Source: Catajapyx aquilonaris (Eukaryota). Taken from it: DNA of 34,194 bases. The position numbers and the translations under genes were made by a program. Where the stretch lies: positions 1 through 34,194 of the forward strand of contig KZ539079.1 of NCBI GenBank assembly GCA_000934665.2. The letters are read 5' to 3'. Shown in pieces: positions 33,999-34,194 of this stretch. The notes under the pieces are model-generated. The model made no database searches and was not told the origin of the DNA. It was given only the letters and a program-made list of their open reading frames with translations. Numbering within the stretch: the first letter of the stretch is position 1; the number at the start of each line of letters is the position of its first letter.

Positions 33999-34194
33999 TT
34001 TCATAATTAAATCAGCCTAACAGTCGTCCTGTATTATACTTGAATTTCGAGTTTTTGCGGCGATCGTTTTGGAAATTAATTCAGGGACTTCTAGAAATGA
34101 GGAGCTTGCCAGCAAAACCAGTTCAATCCACTCCGGGTCGAAAATAATCTGGACACGCTGGAGGCATGTTCCAGGCAATGCCTTTCTATTGACA

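Noticed and set aside
34020..34194. Open minus-strand frame as a further polycystin exon
   Set aside because: No convincing donor site or family similarity visible.

Overview
Invertebrate-type animal genomic DNA: AT-rich, short GT-AG introns, many tRNA-SINEs and MITEs. The species cannot be determined from the sequence. Three genes lie on the minus strand. (1) The 3' part of a polycystin-1-family (PKD1/PKD1L2-like) gene: 23 phase-consistent exons at 19555-33696, about 1595 aa, with GAIN/GPS, PLAT, TM and polycystin channel domains; its 5' end is outside the window. (2) An apparently intact 7SL/SRP RNA gene at 16469-16770, which explains the cluster of spurious GC-rich ORFs there. (3) An orthodox-type aquaporin with 4 clear exons at 1066-3132, a last exon probably left of the window, and a candidate first exon about 8 kb upstream. 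The rest is rich in mobile DNA: a modular tRNA-SINE set with swapped 3' tails and a SINE nested in a SINE, a V-domain SINE relic, a mariner derivative built from two 3' ends, a Tigger/pogo MITE, a 337-bp-TIR foldback, a GAG...CTC element with an internal 25-bp motif array, several near-perfect palindromes, and stacked TA-CWG-TA excision footprints. All alignments were done by eye; no database search was run.
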